64,000 nt of DNA from Candidatus Komeilibacteria bacterium (lineage in GTDB: Bacteria > Patescibacteriota > Patescibacteriia > UBA1558 > 2-01-FULL-52-15). Shown in pieces: positions 29,784-39,394 of this stretch. The stretch is taken from contig JAZDLR010000001.1 of NCBI GenBank assembly GCA_043801745.1, positions 24,374 to 88,373 on the forward strand, in the 5' to 3' direction. The first letter of the stretch is position 1. The number at the start of each line of letters is the position of its first letter. Both the position numbers and the translations under genes were made by a program. A model generated the notes under the pieces. That model worked only from the letters and a program-made list of their open reading frames with translations, ran no database searches and was not told where the DNA came from.

Positions 29784-30420
29784 AGAGATTATCCGTTCAG
29801 CCTTGACTCACCGCTCTTACCTGAACGAACATAAGAATCTCGGTATAGACCATAATGAACGTTTAGAGTTCCTGGGTGATGCTGTTTTGGAATTAGTTGT
29901 CACTGATTACCTCTTTAGTAATTACCCCAATCCGGAAGGCGAACTGACCAATTGGCGCTCCAGTTTAGTTAATGCCAACACTTTAGCTGATTTGGCGGAA
30001 GAAATTGAAATCAATGATTATCTTTATTTAAGCCGCGGCGAAGCCAAGGACTCCAGCAGCAAAGCCCGTCGTATTATCCTGGCCAATGCCTACGAAGCTT
30101 TGATCGGCGCCATTTATCTTGATCAGGGTTACGCCAAAGCTGATAAGTTTATCAAAGAACGGGTACTGATAAAACTAGAAGAAATATTGCGTAAACATTT
30201 ATACATCGATCCCAAGAGCAAACTACAAGAAAAGTCCCAGGAACTTTATGGTATTACTCCTCATTATAAAGTGCTGGGCGAAACCGGGCCCGACCATCAT
30301 AAAAAATTTGTCGTCGGTTTATATATAGATAAGGAACAAATCGCCCAAGGCGAAGGTTACTCCAAACAAGAAGCCCAGATCAATGCCGCGGCCGAGGGCC
30401 TGAAAAAGAAACACTGGTAG
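29731..30420 (+). CDS. rnc: ribonuclease III
   Basis: The RNase III signature ERLEFLGDAVLELVVTDYLF and the dsRBD C-terminus. It overlaps the previous gene by 53 nt. Confidence 0.85.
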   Translation: MKDLQLLESSLKLKFKNKEIIRSALTHRSYLNEHKNLGIDHNERLEFLGDAVLELVVTDYLFSNYPNPEGELTNWRSSLVNANTLADLAEEIEINDYLYLSRGEAKDSSSKARRIILANAYEALIGAIYLDQGYAKADKFIKERVLIKLEEILRKHLYIDPKSKLQEKSQELYGITPHYKVLGETGPDHHKKFVVGLYIDKEQIAQGEGYSKQEAQINAAAEGLKKKHW

Positions 30421-30505
30421 ATCAATTACATCCGCATTTTATAATTGGCTCCTGTAGGAGCGATTCGCGAATCGCCCGAAACGAGGCCACACTAATCAAA
30501 AAACA

Positions 30506-31915
30506 ATGAAACAGAAAAAACAACGCAGCACCCTACTGGCGCCTTTTATTATATTGATTATTTTAGCCGCTTCGTTAACAATGATCTTTTGGGTGTGCTT
30601 TCAGATGCGAAACCATGTACCGCTACGACGGGTAAATCATCCGATTGCTTCTGATCCGATGGCTGATTGGCAGACATACACCAATAATAACCTGGGATTC
30701 AGTTTAAAATTACCTCAACAATGGAGGACTCAAGATTACGGTAATAGTATTTATCTGGTTTCCCCAGAGAATGTTTACCCATACCCGAAATATCAATACA
30801 ACACCGCCGCAATAAATTTATCTCGCTACGCAGGGAAACCAAGAATTGCTGATTTAAAAAATGTATCAGACCTATCAATAAATGGTGTAACTGGAACGAG
30901 TGGTGTCGAATTAATTCTTCCTTATACAAAACACGTCATCCTGCATGGAACCACTAACGATATCATAGTTAGCTGGCCAGTCTTAATTCATGAAGACGGG
31001 ACGGTTGTAGATGAAAACGACATTTATAATCAAATCCTCTCCACCTTCAAATTTACTGATGACGCGGCAGATTGGAAAACTTATAACGATAAGGATGGCG
31101 GTTACACAATCAAATATCCATCGACCTGGAGGGTTTCAGATTTTGACCCACAATTTGTTAATATTATTCCACCCTCGGAAGATGTTCCTAATAAAGAAAC
31201 CTATGTTTCCTCTATTCGATTAGAATATTTTCCCAAGCCATTAGTCTCAAATAATGGCAGTATCGTTGGCAGAGATGAAGCTGTTTTCACTCTACAGGAC
31301 AGGAAGGAGATTACAGTTAATGGTACAAAAGCAACACAAGGTATAAAAAATGGCATTCCAAATTTATTTGTCACTCAGATCGCTACTGCCGACAAAACCT
31401 ACCAAATATATTGGCCGACAGTTAATGGATATTCAGAAACGTTTCAACAAATCCTCTCCACCTTCAAATTTGCGGATGATATGAGTGATTGGCAGACGTA
31501 TACGAATTCGAATTTACATTTTAGTTTCAAATATCCTGCTGATTGGCATATTAGTAACGACACACTACCAACTATATTACCAGCTGACGCCCAACGAGTG
31601 GATCAATCTCTATCTTTCTTATCAGAATCTGGAGATAAACACCTTATGTTTTTTGTTAATCCCCCCGCTTTTGGACCATTTTTTAACCAAAAAAATATTC
31701 TCATTAAACAGACCACTAAGGGTTTAAATATCTTATCTGAACAAGATAATAATGTTGAAGAAAATCTAGACAGTAAAACTTATGCGGTAGGAGTTTCCGA
31801 AGATTCTATGGATCAGCCAAGCTATTGGATGAACTTTAGCGCACCCATTGCTGAAAAGGATGAATTATTGACCACTATTAAAAATATTATTACAAGTTTT
31901 AGCTTCACAAAATAA
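30506..31915 (+). CDS. hypothetical secreted/membrane-anchored protein with three internal repeats of about 40 aa
   Basis: An N-terminal transmembrane helix. The repeats are DWQTYTNNNLGFSLKLPQQWRTQDY, ILSTFKFTDDAADWKTYNDKDGGYTIKYPSTWRVSDF and ILSTFKFADDMSDWQTYTNSNLHFSFKYPADWHISND. Confidence 0.5.
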   Translation: MKQKKQRSTLLAPFIILIILAASLTMIFWVCFQMRNHVPLRRVNHPIASDPMADWQTYTNNNLGFSLKLPQQWRTQDYGNSIYLVSPENVYPYPKYQYNTAAINLSRYAGKPRIADLKNVSDLSINGVTGTSGVELILPYTKHVILHGTTNDIIVSWPVLIHEDGTVVDENDIYNQILSTFKFTDDAADWKTYNDKDGGYTIKYPSTWRVSDFDPQFVNIIPPSEDVPNKETYVSSIRLEYFPKPLVSNNGSIVGRDEAVFTLQDRKEITVNGTKATQGIKNGIPNLFVTQIATADKTYQIYWPTVNGYSETFQQILSTFKFADDMSDWQTYTNSNLHFSFKYPADWHISNDTLPTILPADAQRVDQSLSFLSESGDKHLMFFVNPPAFGPFFNQKNILIKQTTKGLNILSEQDNNVEENLDSKTYAVGVSEDSMDQPSYWMNFSAPIAEKDELLTTIKNIITSFSFTK

Positions 31916-31941
31916 ACCGTCAATCATTTATCCCTAATGTT

Positions 31942-31973
31942 CAAGAGCCGGAACGCTAAGCGTTCCGGCTCTT
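31942..31973. terminator. bidirectional terminator
   Basis: aagagccggaacgc-taa-gcgttccggctctt. Confidence 0.6.
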
Positions 31974-31977
31974 CTTG

Positions 31978-32304
31978 TCACAGCGGCTCCCAAGGCAACC
32001 TTTCGCTCAGAAGCCTGGAGGCGATTTCCCGCAACTTACTTTCGATCGTTCCCCGAAATACTCCGAACACCAGAGGTAACTCTCCACCAATGGTCACGTT
32101 GTCTTCGGAGATCGCGGCTGTGCCGAATATCACGTATCCTTGAGCCGAGAAGGAAAAATGCAGCACCGGACCATCCCAGTGATATCTGACATCACGCAGG
32201 GTTCCTTGGTGAGTCAGCATTAGCTGCGGCAACAGCTGGTCAATCAACAGAAACACATTGGCCATGGCCTTAGAATGAGCAATGCAAACTTCAAACCCCG
32301 GCAT
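31978..32304 (-). CDS. hypothetical protein (GC-rich single-gene island, 108 aa)
   Basis: The ORF sits between a terminator and the smc upstream region. GC is elevated and there is no recognisable motif. Confidence 0.4.
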   Translation of the reverse strand: MPGFEVCIAHSKAMANVFLLIDQLLPQLMLTHQGTLRDVRYHWDGPVLHFSFSAQGYVIFGTAAISEDNVTIGGELPLVFGVFRGTIESKLREIASRLLSERLPWEPL

Positions 32305-32561
32305 ATAACCCCCTTATAGCGAAGGTATTCAGACAACTACTCAAAGGTACCGGAAAAAGACATTGAATCATTGTCCTAACTATTTGTCAAAGAGATTTAA
32401 TAATATCGAAAACCGCACGATCGGCCATTGGCCGACGATCGAGCGGCTTTTTAATTACAAATAATCCTTATTTCCTAGCCAAATCAGCCAAAAATTGCTA
32501 TAATTTTCAAGTTATTCTTTGTTCGGGCTACCTCCTAATGCCTAACGCCTAATTCCTAAAC

Positions 32562-35171
32562 ATGTATTTACAAAAACTGGAAATCCAAGGCTTCAAATCT
32601 TTTGCTCATCAAATAGAGTTGGTCTTTAACCGTGAATTAACAGCCATTGTCGGACCCAATGGCTCAGGCAAATCTAACATTGCTGATTCCGTGCGCTGGG
32701 TCTTGGGCGAACAGAGCGTTAAATTATTACGCGGAAAAAAATCTGATGACGTGATTTTTTCCGGTTCCGACAAAAAGGCCCGGCTAAGTTTCGCTCAAGT
32801 TGATCTGCATCTGGATAATAGCGATCATCAGGCGCCGGTTGATTATGATCAGATAGTCATCAGCCGCAAAATCTACCGTGACGGCGAAAGTGAATATTTA
32901 TTAAATAATACTAAGGTTCGCTTATCCGATATCCAAATCTTATTGGCCAAGTCACACTTTGGCCAGAAAACCTACAGCGTCATTGGTCAGGGCACAGTTG
33001 ATCATTTATTAACTCTGTCTTCAGCCGAACGTAAAGATTTTTTTGACGAAGCTACCGGCGTTAAACAGTATCAGATCAAAAAAGACCAATCAGTAAATAA
33101 ATTACTGGCCACGCATGAAAATTTAATCCAAGCGGAAAATATTTTAACGGAAATTACTCCCCGTCTGCGTTCCTTATCGCGGCAAGTGCGCCGGTTGGAA
33201 TTAAAAGAAGAGAATGAAAAAAAACTTCAGGATCTGCAAACGCAATATTACAGTTTCTTATCCCAAACCTTACAAACGGAGCTAAATAAAGTTCAAGGCG
33301 AAAAGAAACAACAGGAAAGCAAAGTGGCGAAAGTTAAAACCGAACTGGATAAAGTCGGCAGTCAATTAGAACAGCAATCAGTCGGGCCTTCAAGAAATCA
33401 GGAATTTGATTTACTGCAGAAAAAGTTAACTACCCTGCAGGATGAATACAATCTCTTAAGCCGCGAGAAAACCCGTCTGGAAGGCAGCCGCGATCTGGAT
33501 CTGATGAAATCCGGCAAACAGGATCTGGTCTGGCTACAGGCACGGTTAGATACCGTTAACAACAAGGTCAGCAAACTGCAAATTGAGGTTGAGGAACATA
33601 GCCGCACACTGACAACTAAGAAAAAGCTAACGCAGGATTTGGGTCAGAAAATCTCGGCTCTGGATCTGCAGATTAAACAAATAGAAAAGCAGATGCGGGA
33701 AAATCTGGAGCCGCATGCTGACTGGGATAAATTAGCGGCAGCCGCGTCTAAACTGGAATCTGATCAGGTGGAACTGGACGAACTGATTCAATTAGCCGCC
33801 GATGACTCCGGCTGGCAGCAGGTCAAGAAAACTTGGTTGAATTTTGGTCAGAGTTTAAAGACCTTTTGGCAAACTTTCCGTAAGCCCTCGCCAGCTAATC
33901 AAACTAAACTCTTAGAAGAGTTTCAGAAATTATTAGCTGAGAAAGACGTTCTCCAGCGGCAGTTACAAACGGAAAAGCTGGCCGAACAAAGTAGTGAGCA
34001 ACAGGTTGTCTCACTTAAACAGCAGTTGCAGGAATTAGAACAGGAAAAAATCAAAATCAACGAGCAAATGACTGACGCCGGTGGCCGCTCTTCGACTGTC
34101 AATGCCAGCCAGCTGCAGGAATTAGCTTCTAAGCTAACTAAACAGGCGCAAGCTATTGCCGAGATCACCAAACAAATTGGCAACTTCAACCAATTAGAAG
34201 AGGGCAAGAAGCAACAAATACTGGAGTGGCAGAAAAGCTTCAGCCGTGCGCAGTATGATTACAATTTGCTGGGTCAGGATTTGAATAAATATAATATTGA
34301 GCTAGCTAAATTAGAAACCCGCGAAGAAGATCTGCAACGGGAAATTAGAGAAGAGTTTCCGCAGTTTCAGGCGACTAAGGTTAGTAGCCTGAATTCTGAA
34401 GAAGTCCGCGATAAAATAAATGATCTAAAAAAGCAATTGGCTGTCATCGGCAGTATTGATGAAGCTACGATGTCGGAATATACCGAAGTGAAAGAACGGC
34501 ACACATTTTTAACGCAACAAACGGCTGATCTGAAACAGGCTACCGCCAGTTTACAGAAATTAATTAAAGAACTGGACGAAACAATTGCCAAACAGTTTAA
34601 TGACAATTTCGTCCATATTAATACTTACTTTAATAAATACTTTAAAAAACTCTTTAGTGGCGGTACGGCGAAATTAATCTTAGAAATGAAACAGCCGGAG
34701 GAAGAGGATCTTGGGACTGGGGACTCGGAACCCGTCGGTACATCCTCAACAACAAGCCCCAAGTCCCAAGTCCCAAGTCCCGATAAAAGTCGAGAGTTAA
34801 AGTTCCAATCCTTAGAATATGGTATTGAAATTCAAGCCACGCCTCCGGGTAAAAGATTATCCGGCATTGCCATGCTTTCCGGCGGTGAGAAAGCTTTAAC
34901 TGCTATTGCTCTGATCTCCGCCATTATTGCTAACAACCCCTCGCCCTTTGTCGTGCTGGATGAAGTTGACGCCGCTCTGGATGAAGCTAATTCCGTGCGC
35001 TTCGCCGAAATCATTGATGAGCTTTCGGATAAAACTCAATTCATTGCTATAACGCATAACCGCGCTACCATGCAACAGGCCAAAATACTTTATGGTGTGA
35101 CTATGGGTGATGATGGTATTTCACGCCTATTGTCAGTTAACTTTAGTGAGGCTGATAAGATAGCCGCCTAA
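32562..35171 (+). CDS. smc: SMC-family chromosome segregation ATPase (short form, 869 aa)
   Basis: N-terminal LEIQGFKSFA...VGPNGSGKSNIADSVRWVLGEQS, long coiled coils, and C-terminal LSGGEKALTAIALI...VLDEVDAALD. Confidence 0.85.
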   Translation: MYLQKLEIQGFKSFAHQIELVFNRELTAIVGPNGSGKSNIADSVRWVLGEQSVKLLRGKKSDDVIFSGSDKKARLSFAQVDLHLDNSDHQAPVDYDQIVISRKIYRDGESEYLLNNTKVRLSDIQILLAKSHFGQKTYSVIGQGTVDHLLTLSSAERKDFFDEATGVKQYQIKKDQSVNKLLATHENLIQAENILTEITPRLRSLSRQVRRLELKEENEKKLQDLQTQYYSFLSQTLQTELNKVQGEKKQQESKVAKVKTELDKVGSQLEQQSVGPSRNQEFDLLQKKLTTLQDEYNLLSREKTRLEGSRDLDLMKSGKQDLVWLQARLDTVNNKVSKLQIEVEEHSRTLTTKKKLTQDLGQKISALDLQIKQIEKQMRENLEPHADWDKLAAAASKLESDQVELDELIQLAADDSGWQQVKKTWLNFGQSLKTFWQTFRKPSPANQTKLLEEFQKLLAEKDVLQRQLQTEKLAEQSSEQQVVSLKQQLQELEQEKIKINEQMTDAGGRSSTVNASQLQELASKLTKQAQAIAEITKQIGNFNQLEEGKKQQILEWQKSFSRAQYDYNLLGQDLNKYNIELAKLETREEDLQREIREEFPQFQATKVSSLNSEEVRDKINDLKKQLAVIGSIDEATMSEYTEVKERHTFLTQQTADLKQATASLQKLIKELDETIAKQFNDNFVHINTYFNKYFKKLFSGGTAKLILEMKQPEEEDLGTGDSEPVGTSSTTSPKSQVPSPDKSRELKFQSLEYGIEIQATPPGKRLSGIAMLSGGEKALTAIALISAIIANNPSPFVVLDEVDAALDEANSVRFAEIIDELSDKTQFIAITHNRATMQQAKILYGVTMGDDGISRLLSVNFSEADKIAA

Positions 35172-35260
35172 CCTCACCCCAACCCTCTCCTTAGAAAAGG
35201 AGAGGGAGGATGCACAGTGGGATAGTGTTCCTCTCCTTTTGAAGGAGAGGGCAGGTGAGG
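35172..35260. mobile_element. MITE-like element, copy 2 (inverted orientation), abutting the smc stop codon
   Basis: cctcaccccaaccctctccttagaaaaggagagg...ctctccttttgaaggagagggcaggtgagg. Confidence 0.55.
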
Positions 35261-35399
35261 TATTCAAAAAAACATATGAATTGACATAATCCCTCTCCTA
35301 TAGTAATATCCTCCCATCAATATCTTCTTGATACTTGATTCCTACTCACAGCGCGAAATAGCTAATCAGTAGGACAGAACAACTAAGTACCATAAGCTT

Positions 35400-35849
35400 A
35401 TGCTTACTATCCGTCTTTCCCGGATCGGCAAAAAGAAGAAGCCCTTCTATCGCCTGATCGTATCCGAGAAAACTAAAGACCCCTGGGGAACGTTCTTAGA
35501 ACAGTTGGGTCATTTTAATCCCCACACTAAACAAACCGTGCTGAAAACTGACCGGATCAAATACTGGATCAGTGTCGGCGCGCAGATGTCTAACACCGTC
35601 AGCAACCTCTTGGTTAAAGAAGGTGTAATTAAAGATAAGAAAAAGAAATCGGTCTATATCTCGAAAAACCGTCACGCCAAAATTGAAAAAGCCAAGCCTC
35701 AGCCACAGCCAGAGGCTGTCAAAGGAAAGGCTGATGAGAAACCAGTTGAGTCTGCTCCGGTAGCTGAAGAAAAACCTGAACCAAAAAAAGAAGCCAAGGT
35801 TGAGGAAGTAAAAACCGAAGAACCAAAGGCTGAAGAAACTAAAGAATAA
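35400..35849 (+). CDS. rpsP: 30S ribosomal protein S16 with a Lys/Glu-rich C-terminal extension
   Basis: MLTIRLSRIGKKKKPFYRLIVSEKTKDPWGTFLEQLGHFNP. Confidence 0.85.
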   Translation: MLTIRLSRIGKKKKPFYRLIVSEKTKDPWGTFLEQLGHFNPHTKQTVLKTDRIKYWISVGAQMSNTVSNLLVKEGVIKDKKKKSVYISKNRHAKIEKAKPQPQPEAVKGKADEKPVESAPVAEEKPEPKKEAKVEEVKTEEPKAEETKE

Positions 35850-35858
35850 TAAATTTCC

Positions 35859-35890
35859 AAAGAAACCCTGAATCAAGGGTTTCTTTTTAT
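35859..35890 (+). terminator. rho-independent terminator
   Basis: aaagaaaccctgaatcaagggtttcttt followed by ttattg. Confidence 0.6.
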
Positions 35891-36027
35891 TGATAAAACC
35901 CGACGTCATGTTGACCGTCGGGTTGAAAGAGCGGAGCGCCCCGGGGCTGCAATCAGCTGGAACCCGGATGCCGCCCGGGTTGTCAACTAATCACAGTTGG
36001 GTCTGGGCGCTCCGCCGCATCTGTTGC

Positions 36028-36234
36028 CTATCGCCTACCCGGGAAGTCGCGCTCCATCCTGAATCTCCCCGACCGACCGGTTGGAGGAAATGCATCGCCC
36101 TCCATTTCGCGAATCATCTCCTCTTCTTCAGGGGTTAGCGAGATTGGGCGCATCCCTTTGGAAATTGGGATCGGGCCAGGAGGCAGGGTTTCAAACCCAT
36201 AAATCGTCGTTGTGAATATTCTCATCTCTCTCAT
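36028..36234 (-). CDS. hypothetical small protein in a GC-rich island (about 60% GC)
   Basis: ATG at 36234 follows the RBS gaggag. Length 68 aa, with no motif. Confidence 0.3.
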   Translation of the reverse strand: MREMRIFTTTIYGFETLPPGPIPISKGMRPISLTPEEEEMIREMEGDAFPPTGRSGRFRMERDFPGRR

Positions 36235-36339
36235 AGTTGCTCCTCTCGCAACAAGTAGGGTTGCCCCAGATAAAAACGTGTACAATATTTATTCGGTAGA
36301 ATACAACCTATACCATCAAACGTCAATAATGCCTAAAGA

Positions 36340-36367
36340 TTGACAAACTATTATTTTATGGTAATAT
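36340..36367 (+). promoter_or_regulatory. sigma70-like promoter for khpA
   Basis: TTGACA at 36340-36345, a 16-nt spacer, and TAATAT at 36362-36367. Confidence 0.45.
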
Positions 36368-36424
36368 CTATTTCATGATTGTTAAGAAGCAATCATAGAT
36401 CTTAAAAAAGTAAGTCATTAACGA

Positions 36425-36739
36425 ATGGCAGAAAAAGACCTGGAGTTTCTAGAGTACGTGGTTAAGACTCTAGTTGATAATCCGAATGACGTCCACATCG
36501 ACCGAACGGTAGATGAAATGGGAGTCCTATTAACCCTCAAGGTTAACCCCAAGGACATGGGTCAGATCATTGGCCGCGAAGGCCAGACCGCCCGTTCCTT
36601 GAGAACGCTACTGCGCGTTGTTGGCGCTAAGAATAATTCTCGCGTCAATCTGAAGATCTATGAACCGGAAGGTTCTCGCCGAATGCCAGAAGCAGCCCCT
36701 GCGGCCAGCGATACTGGTATGGAAGATCTGAAATTGTAA
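36425..36739 (+). CDS. khpA: KH-domain RNA-binding protein (KhpA/YlqC, UPF0109)
   Basis: The KH core MGQIIGREGQTARSLRTLLRVVGAKN. Its position between rpsP and trmD matches the conserved operon. Confidence 0.75.
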   Translation: MAEKDLEFLEYVVKTLVDNPNDVHIDRTVDEMGVLLTLKVNPKDMGQIIGREGQTARSLRTLLRVVGAKNNSRVNLKIYEPEGSRRMPEAAPAASDTGMEDLKL

Positions 36740-36751
36740 GTTACAAACTAC

Positions 36752-36788
36752 AAAAGCCACCAGAATATTGAGTGGCTTTTGTTATTTT
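36752..36788 (+). terminator. rho-independent terminator
   Basis: aaaagccaccagaatattgagtggctttt followed by gttatttt. Confidence 0.55.
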
Positions 36789-36954
36789 AAGGTGTTTGTC
36801 GAGCTGAGCTCGACAAAACTTTTGCCTACTTTTGGTTACAAAAGTAGGTTTACCCACCAAAGCTCCTGTGGAGCGTCGGTGGGGCCTCCCCGGCGAGGGG
36901 ATAAAAAAATCAAAAAATGGCATTTATCATTAACCGCTGCTATAATAGCCAAGT

Positions 36955-38730
36955 ATGAAATTATCTCCCCGAGCAAAATTAACTCTAGCAACAGCTGAAG
37001 AAGCCGGCCGGATTTTATTATCTGAAGCCAAAAGGATCAGACACGATAAAGTGGGTCAACAAAATATTTCTATTAAAAATGACCTGACTCCGGGCAAAAT
37101 TGATCTAGTAACTTCAGTGGATAAATTATTAGATTCATATATTACTAAACAATTAAAACAAAAGTATCCTAACGATTTTTTCTTAACTGAAGAATCATAT
37201 GTTGCAACTGCTGATCGCCTAAGACTAACTCATAAATCCGTCTGGATTATTGATCCTATTGATGGGACACGGGATTTCTCGCAATTTTTACTAGGAGAAG
37301 CTAAAAAAAGACGGCAACACAGCTTTTCTATTTGCCTTGCCTGGGCTAAAAAAGGAATCTTGCAAATAGGGGCTATATATACGCCAGTTCTTTCAGAAAT
37401 CTGGGTAGCAGAAAAGGGTCGCGGCACCTGGTATAAAAAAGGTAACTCCCAATGGCGTAAATTAATCATGCAACCAAAAAAATCAGCCCGATTAACTATT
37501 GCCCTAAACTCTCATGAACGGGTAACCCATGAAAACACCCCTCAATTGGCCGGACACAAATTCGTCTTTCCCAGCTCGCTGGCTTATCGCATCGTTGGGA
37601 CAACTACTGGTCATCATGATATGTTAATTTCCTTTAAAGGCGGCAGTAAAGAATGGGACGTAGCTGCTGCCGATATTATTCTTCAAGAGGCTGGCGGTCT
37701 TTTGCTTGATGCTGACAAAAAAATGATCCGCTATAATAAACCCGATCTAGTCAACCACTTATTGCTTATTGCCGGTCATCCCAAAAATATTGATAGGTTA
37801 TTACCTCTGATTCAGAAAAAATCTTTAGCTTTAATCGGTTCAATCAGCCACTCAACTCCGCTTTATCCTGATGGTGTCCGCGAACGCTTTGGCGGTGGTG
37901 TGATCTATGGTTCAGAAACTGCGAAAAAATTAGGCTTAGATGTGCACGTCATTACTGCCGGAGCCAATGATATTGAAGGCGGTATTAAACAATTACGGAA
38001 ACAACAAATCTGGTCCGTGAGACTAAAAAGGAAATTAAGCAATAATTTTGCTAATGATTGCACCAAACCCAAAAGAATACTGAGGATGGGGTCAATTATG
38101 GAGCGCCCTATTACCAAGCGGGAATTAACGAAACATATCCCCAATGCTGACGGCTGGATTTTAAATCCGATTTATCACGAGGTTTCGCCCGACATGGTTC
38201 CGGCTAAAAGAAATTTTGTCGTCTATATGGACATACAAGGATTGACCAGAGCCGTGACCAGAGCCAGTGACGGCTACTGGCATTTAAAAGATCATAAATG
38301 GCCGGGCTGGAAACAGTGGAAAGGTAAATTAGATATCCTGCGCCTAAGTGATGAAGACGCCGAGCATATGGCTTTTCCGGCTAAATGTAAAAATCTAAAA
38401 TCCCGTCTGCACTATCTGGTAACGCAAGGATTTCCTATAGTCGTGGCTTCGCAAGGAACCAAACCAACTTTAGTGGCTACGAAAAAAGGAATTAAAGAAA
38501 TTCCGGTTACTAAAGTTGATGCTGTAGATACCGGCGGTGCTGGTGACAGTTTTAACGCCGGATTTATGGCTGGTTATTTAACTTATAAAGATCCCATCGT
38601 AGCCGCGGCTTTTGGTAATGCCGCCGCCGGCCTGATGGTCAGTGGTAAGGGCACGACAAATTGCGGCAATTGGCAGCAAGTGGAAACTAAGGCTAAACTT
38701 ATTCTCAAGAAAATTAACTATGCGCTTTGA
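36955..38730 (+). CDS. bifunctional fusion: inositol-monophosphatase/CysQ-like phosphatase (N-terminus) with a PfkB/ribokinase-family sugar kinase (C-terminus)
   Basis: N-terminal WIIDPIDGTRDF is the IMPase motif. C-terminal DTGGAGDSFNAGFMAGYL is the PfkB signature 2. Total length 591 aa. Confidence 0.65.
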   Translation: MKLSPRAKLTLATAEEAGRILLSEAKRIRHDKVGQQNISIKNDLTPGKIDLVTSVDKLLDSYITKQLKQKYPNDFFLTEESYVATADRLRLTHKSVWIIDPIDGTRDFSQFLLGEAKKRRQHSFSICLAWAKKGILQIGAIYTPVLSEIWVAEKGRGTWYKKGNSQWRKLIMQPKKSARLTIALNSHERVTHENTPQLAGHKFVFPSSLAYRIVGTTTGHHDMLISFKGGSKEWDVAAADIILQEAGGLLLDADKKMIRYNKPDLVNHLLLIAGHPKNIDRLLPLIQKKSLALIGSISHSTPLYPDGVRERFGGGVIYGSETAKKLGLDVHVITAGANDIEGGIKQLRKQQIWSVRLKRKLSNNFANDCTKPKRILRMGSIMERPITKRELTKHIPNADGWILNPIYHEVSPDMVPAKRNFVVYMDIQGLTRAVTRASDGYWHLKDHKWPGWKQWKGKLDILRLSDEDAEHMAFPAKCKNLKSRLHYLVTQGFPIVVASQGTKPTLVATKKGIKEIPVTKVDAVDTGGAGDSFNAGFMAGYLTYKDPIVAAAFGNAAAGLMVSGKGTTNCGNWQQVETKAKLILKKINYAL

Positions 38731-39394
38731 TCTACTCACCATCTTCCCCCATTCTCTGGATTCCTATTTTAATGAATCTATTCTTAAGCGCGGACAGGCA
38801 AAAAAATTGATAACCATCAAAACACACGACATTCGTAGTGTGACTAAAGACAAACATCACACTGTGGATGATAAACCTTATGGCGGCGGGGCCGGTATGG
38901 TGATGAAGGTAGATATTGTTCACAAGGCACTGCTGAAAATATATAAGAAAACATCGAAAACGACCCGGGTTATTTTATTATCCCCGCGTGGTGATTTTTT
39001 TACGCAAAATGAGGCTAAGCGATTAGCTAAATATCAGCGGTTAATTTTAATTTCCGGACATTATGAATCAATTGACAGCCGGATTGAAGATTACGTGGAT
39101 GAAATTATTTCTATCGGTCCTTATGTGCTGACCGGCGGTGAACTGCCGGCCGCTTGTATCATTGATTCTGTCTCCCGTCTGATCACGGGCGTGGTTGGTA
39201 AAGCCGAATCCATCAAAGACGAATCCTACCAGCAAATAGCTAAGGGTCAGACTCAAACTGAATACCCCCACTATACCCGCCCCGAGGTTTACCGTGGGAA
39301 AAAGGTGCCCACCGTCTTGCTGTCCGGTAATCACCAGAAGATTGCTCACTGGCGGCAGCAGCAGAAAAAGACCAGCAAATTAGCTCATGACTGA
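38720..39394 (+). CDS. trmD: tRNA (guanine37-N1)-methyltransferase TrmD
   Basis: MRFDLLTIFPHSLDSYFNESILKRGQ...HDIRSVTKDKHHTVDDKPYGGGAGMVMK. Start at ATG 38720 rather than the ORF-track 38642. Confidence 0.85.
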   Translation: MRFDLLTIFPHSLDSYFNESILKRGQAKKLITIKTHDIRSVTKDKHHTVDDKPYGGGAGMVMKVDIVHKALLKIYKKTSKTTRVILLSPRGDFFTQNEAKRLAKYQRLILISGHYESIDSRIEDYVDEIISIGPYVLTGGELPAACIIDSVSRLITGVVGKAESIKDESYQQIAKGQTQTEYPHYTRPEVYRGKKVPTVLLSGNHQKIAHWRQQQKKTSKLAHD

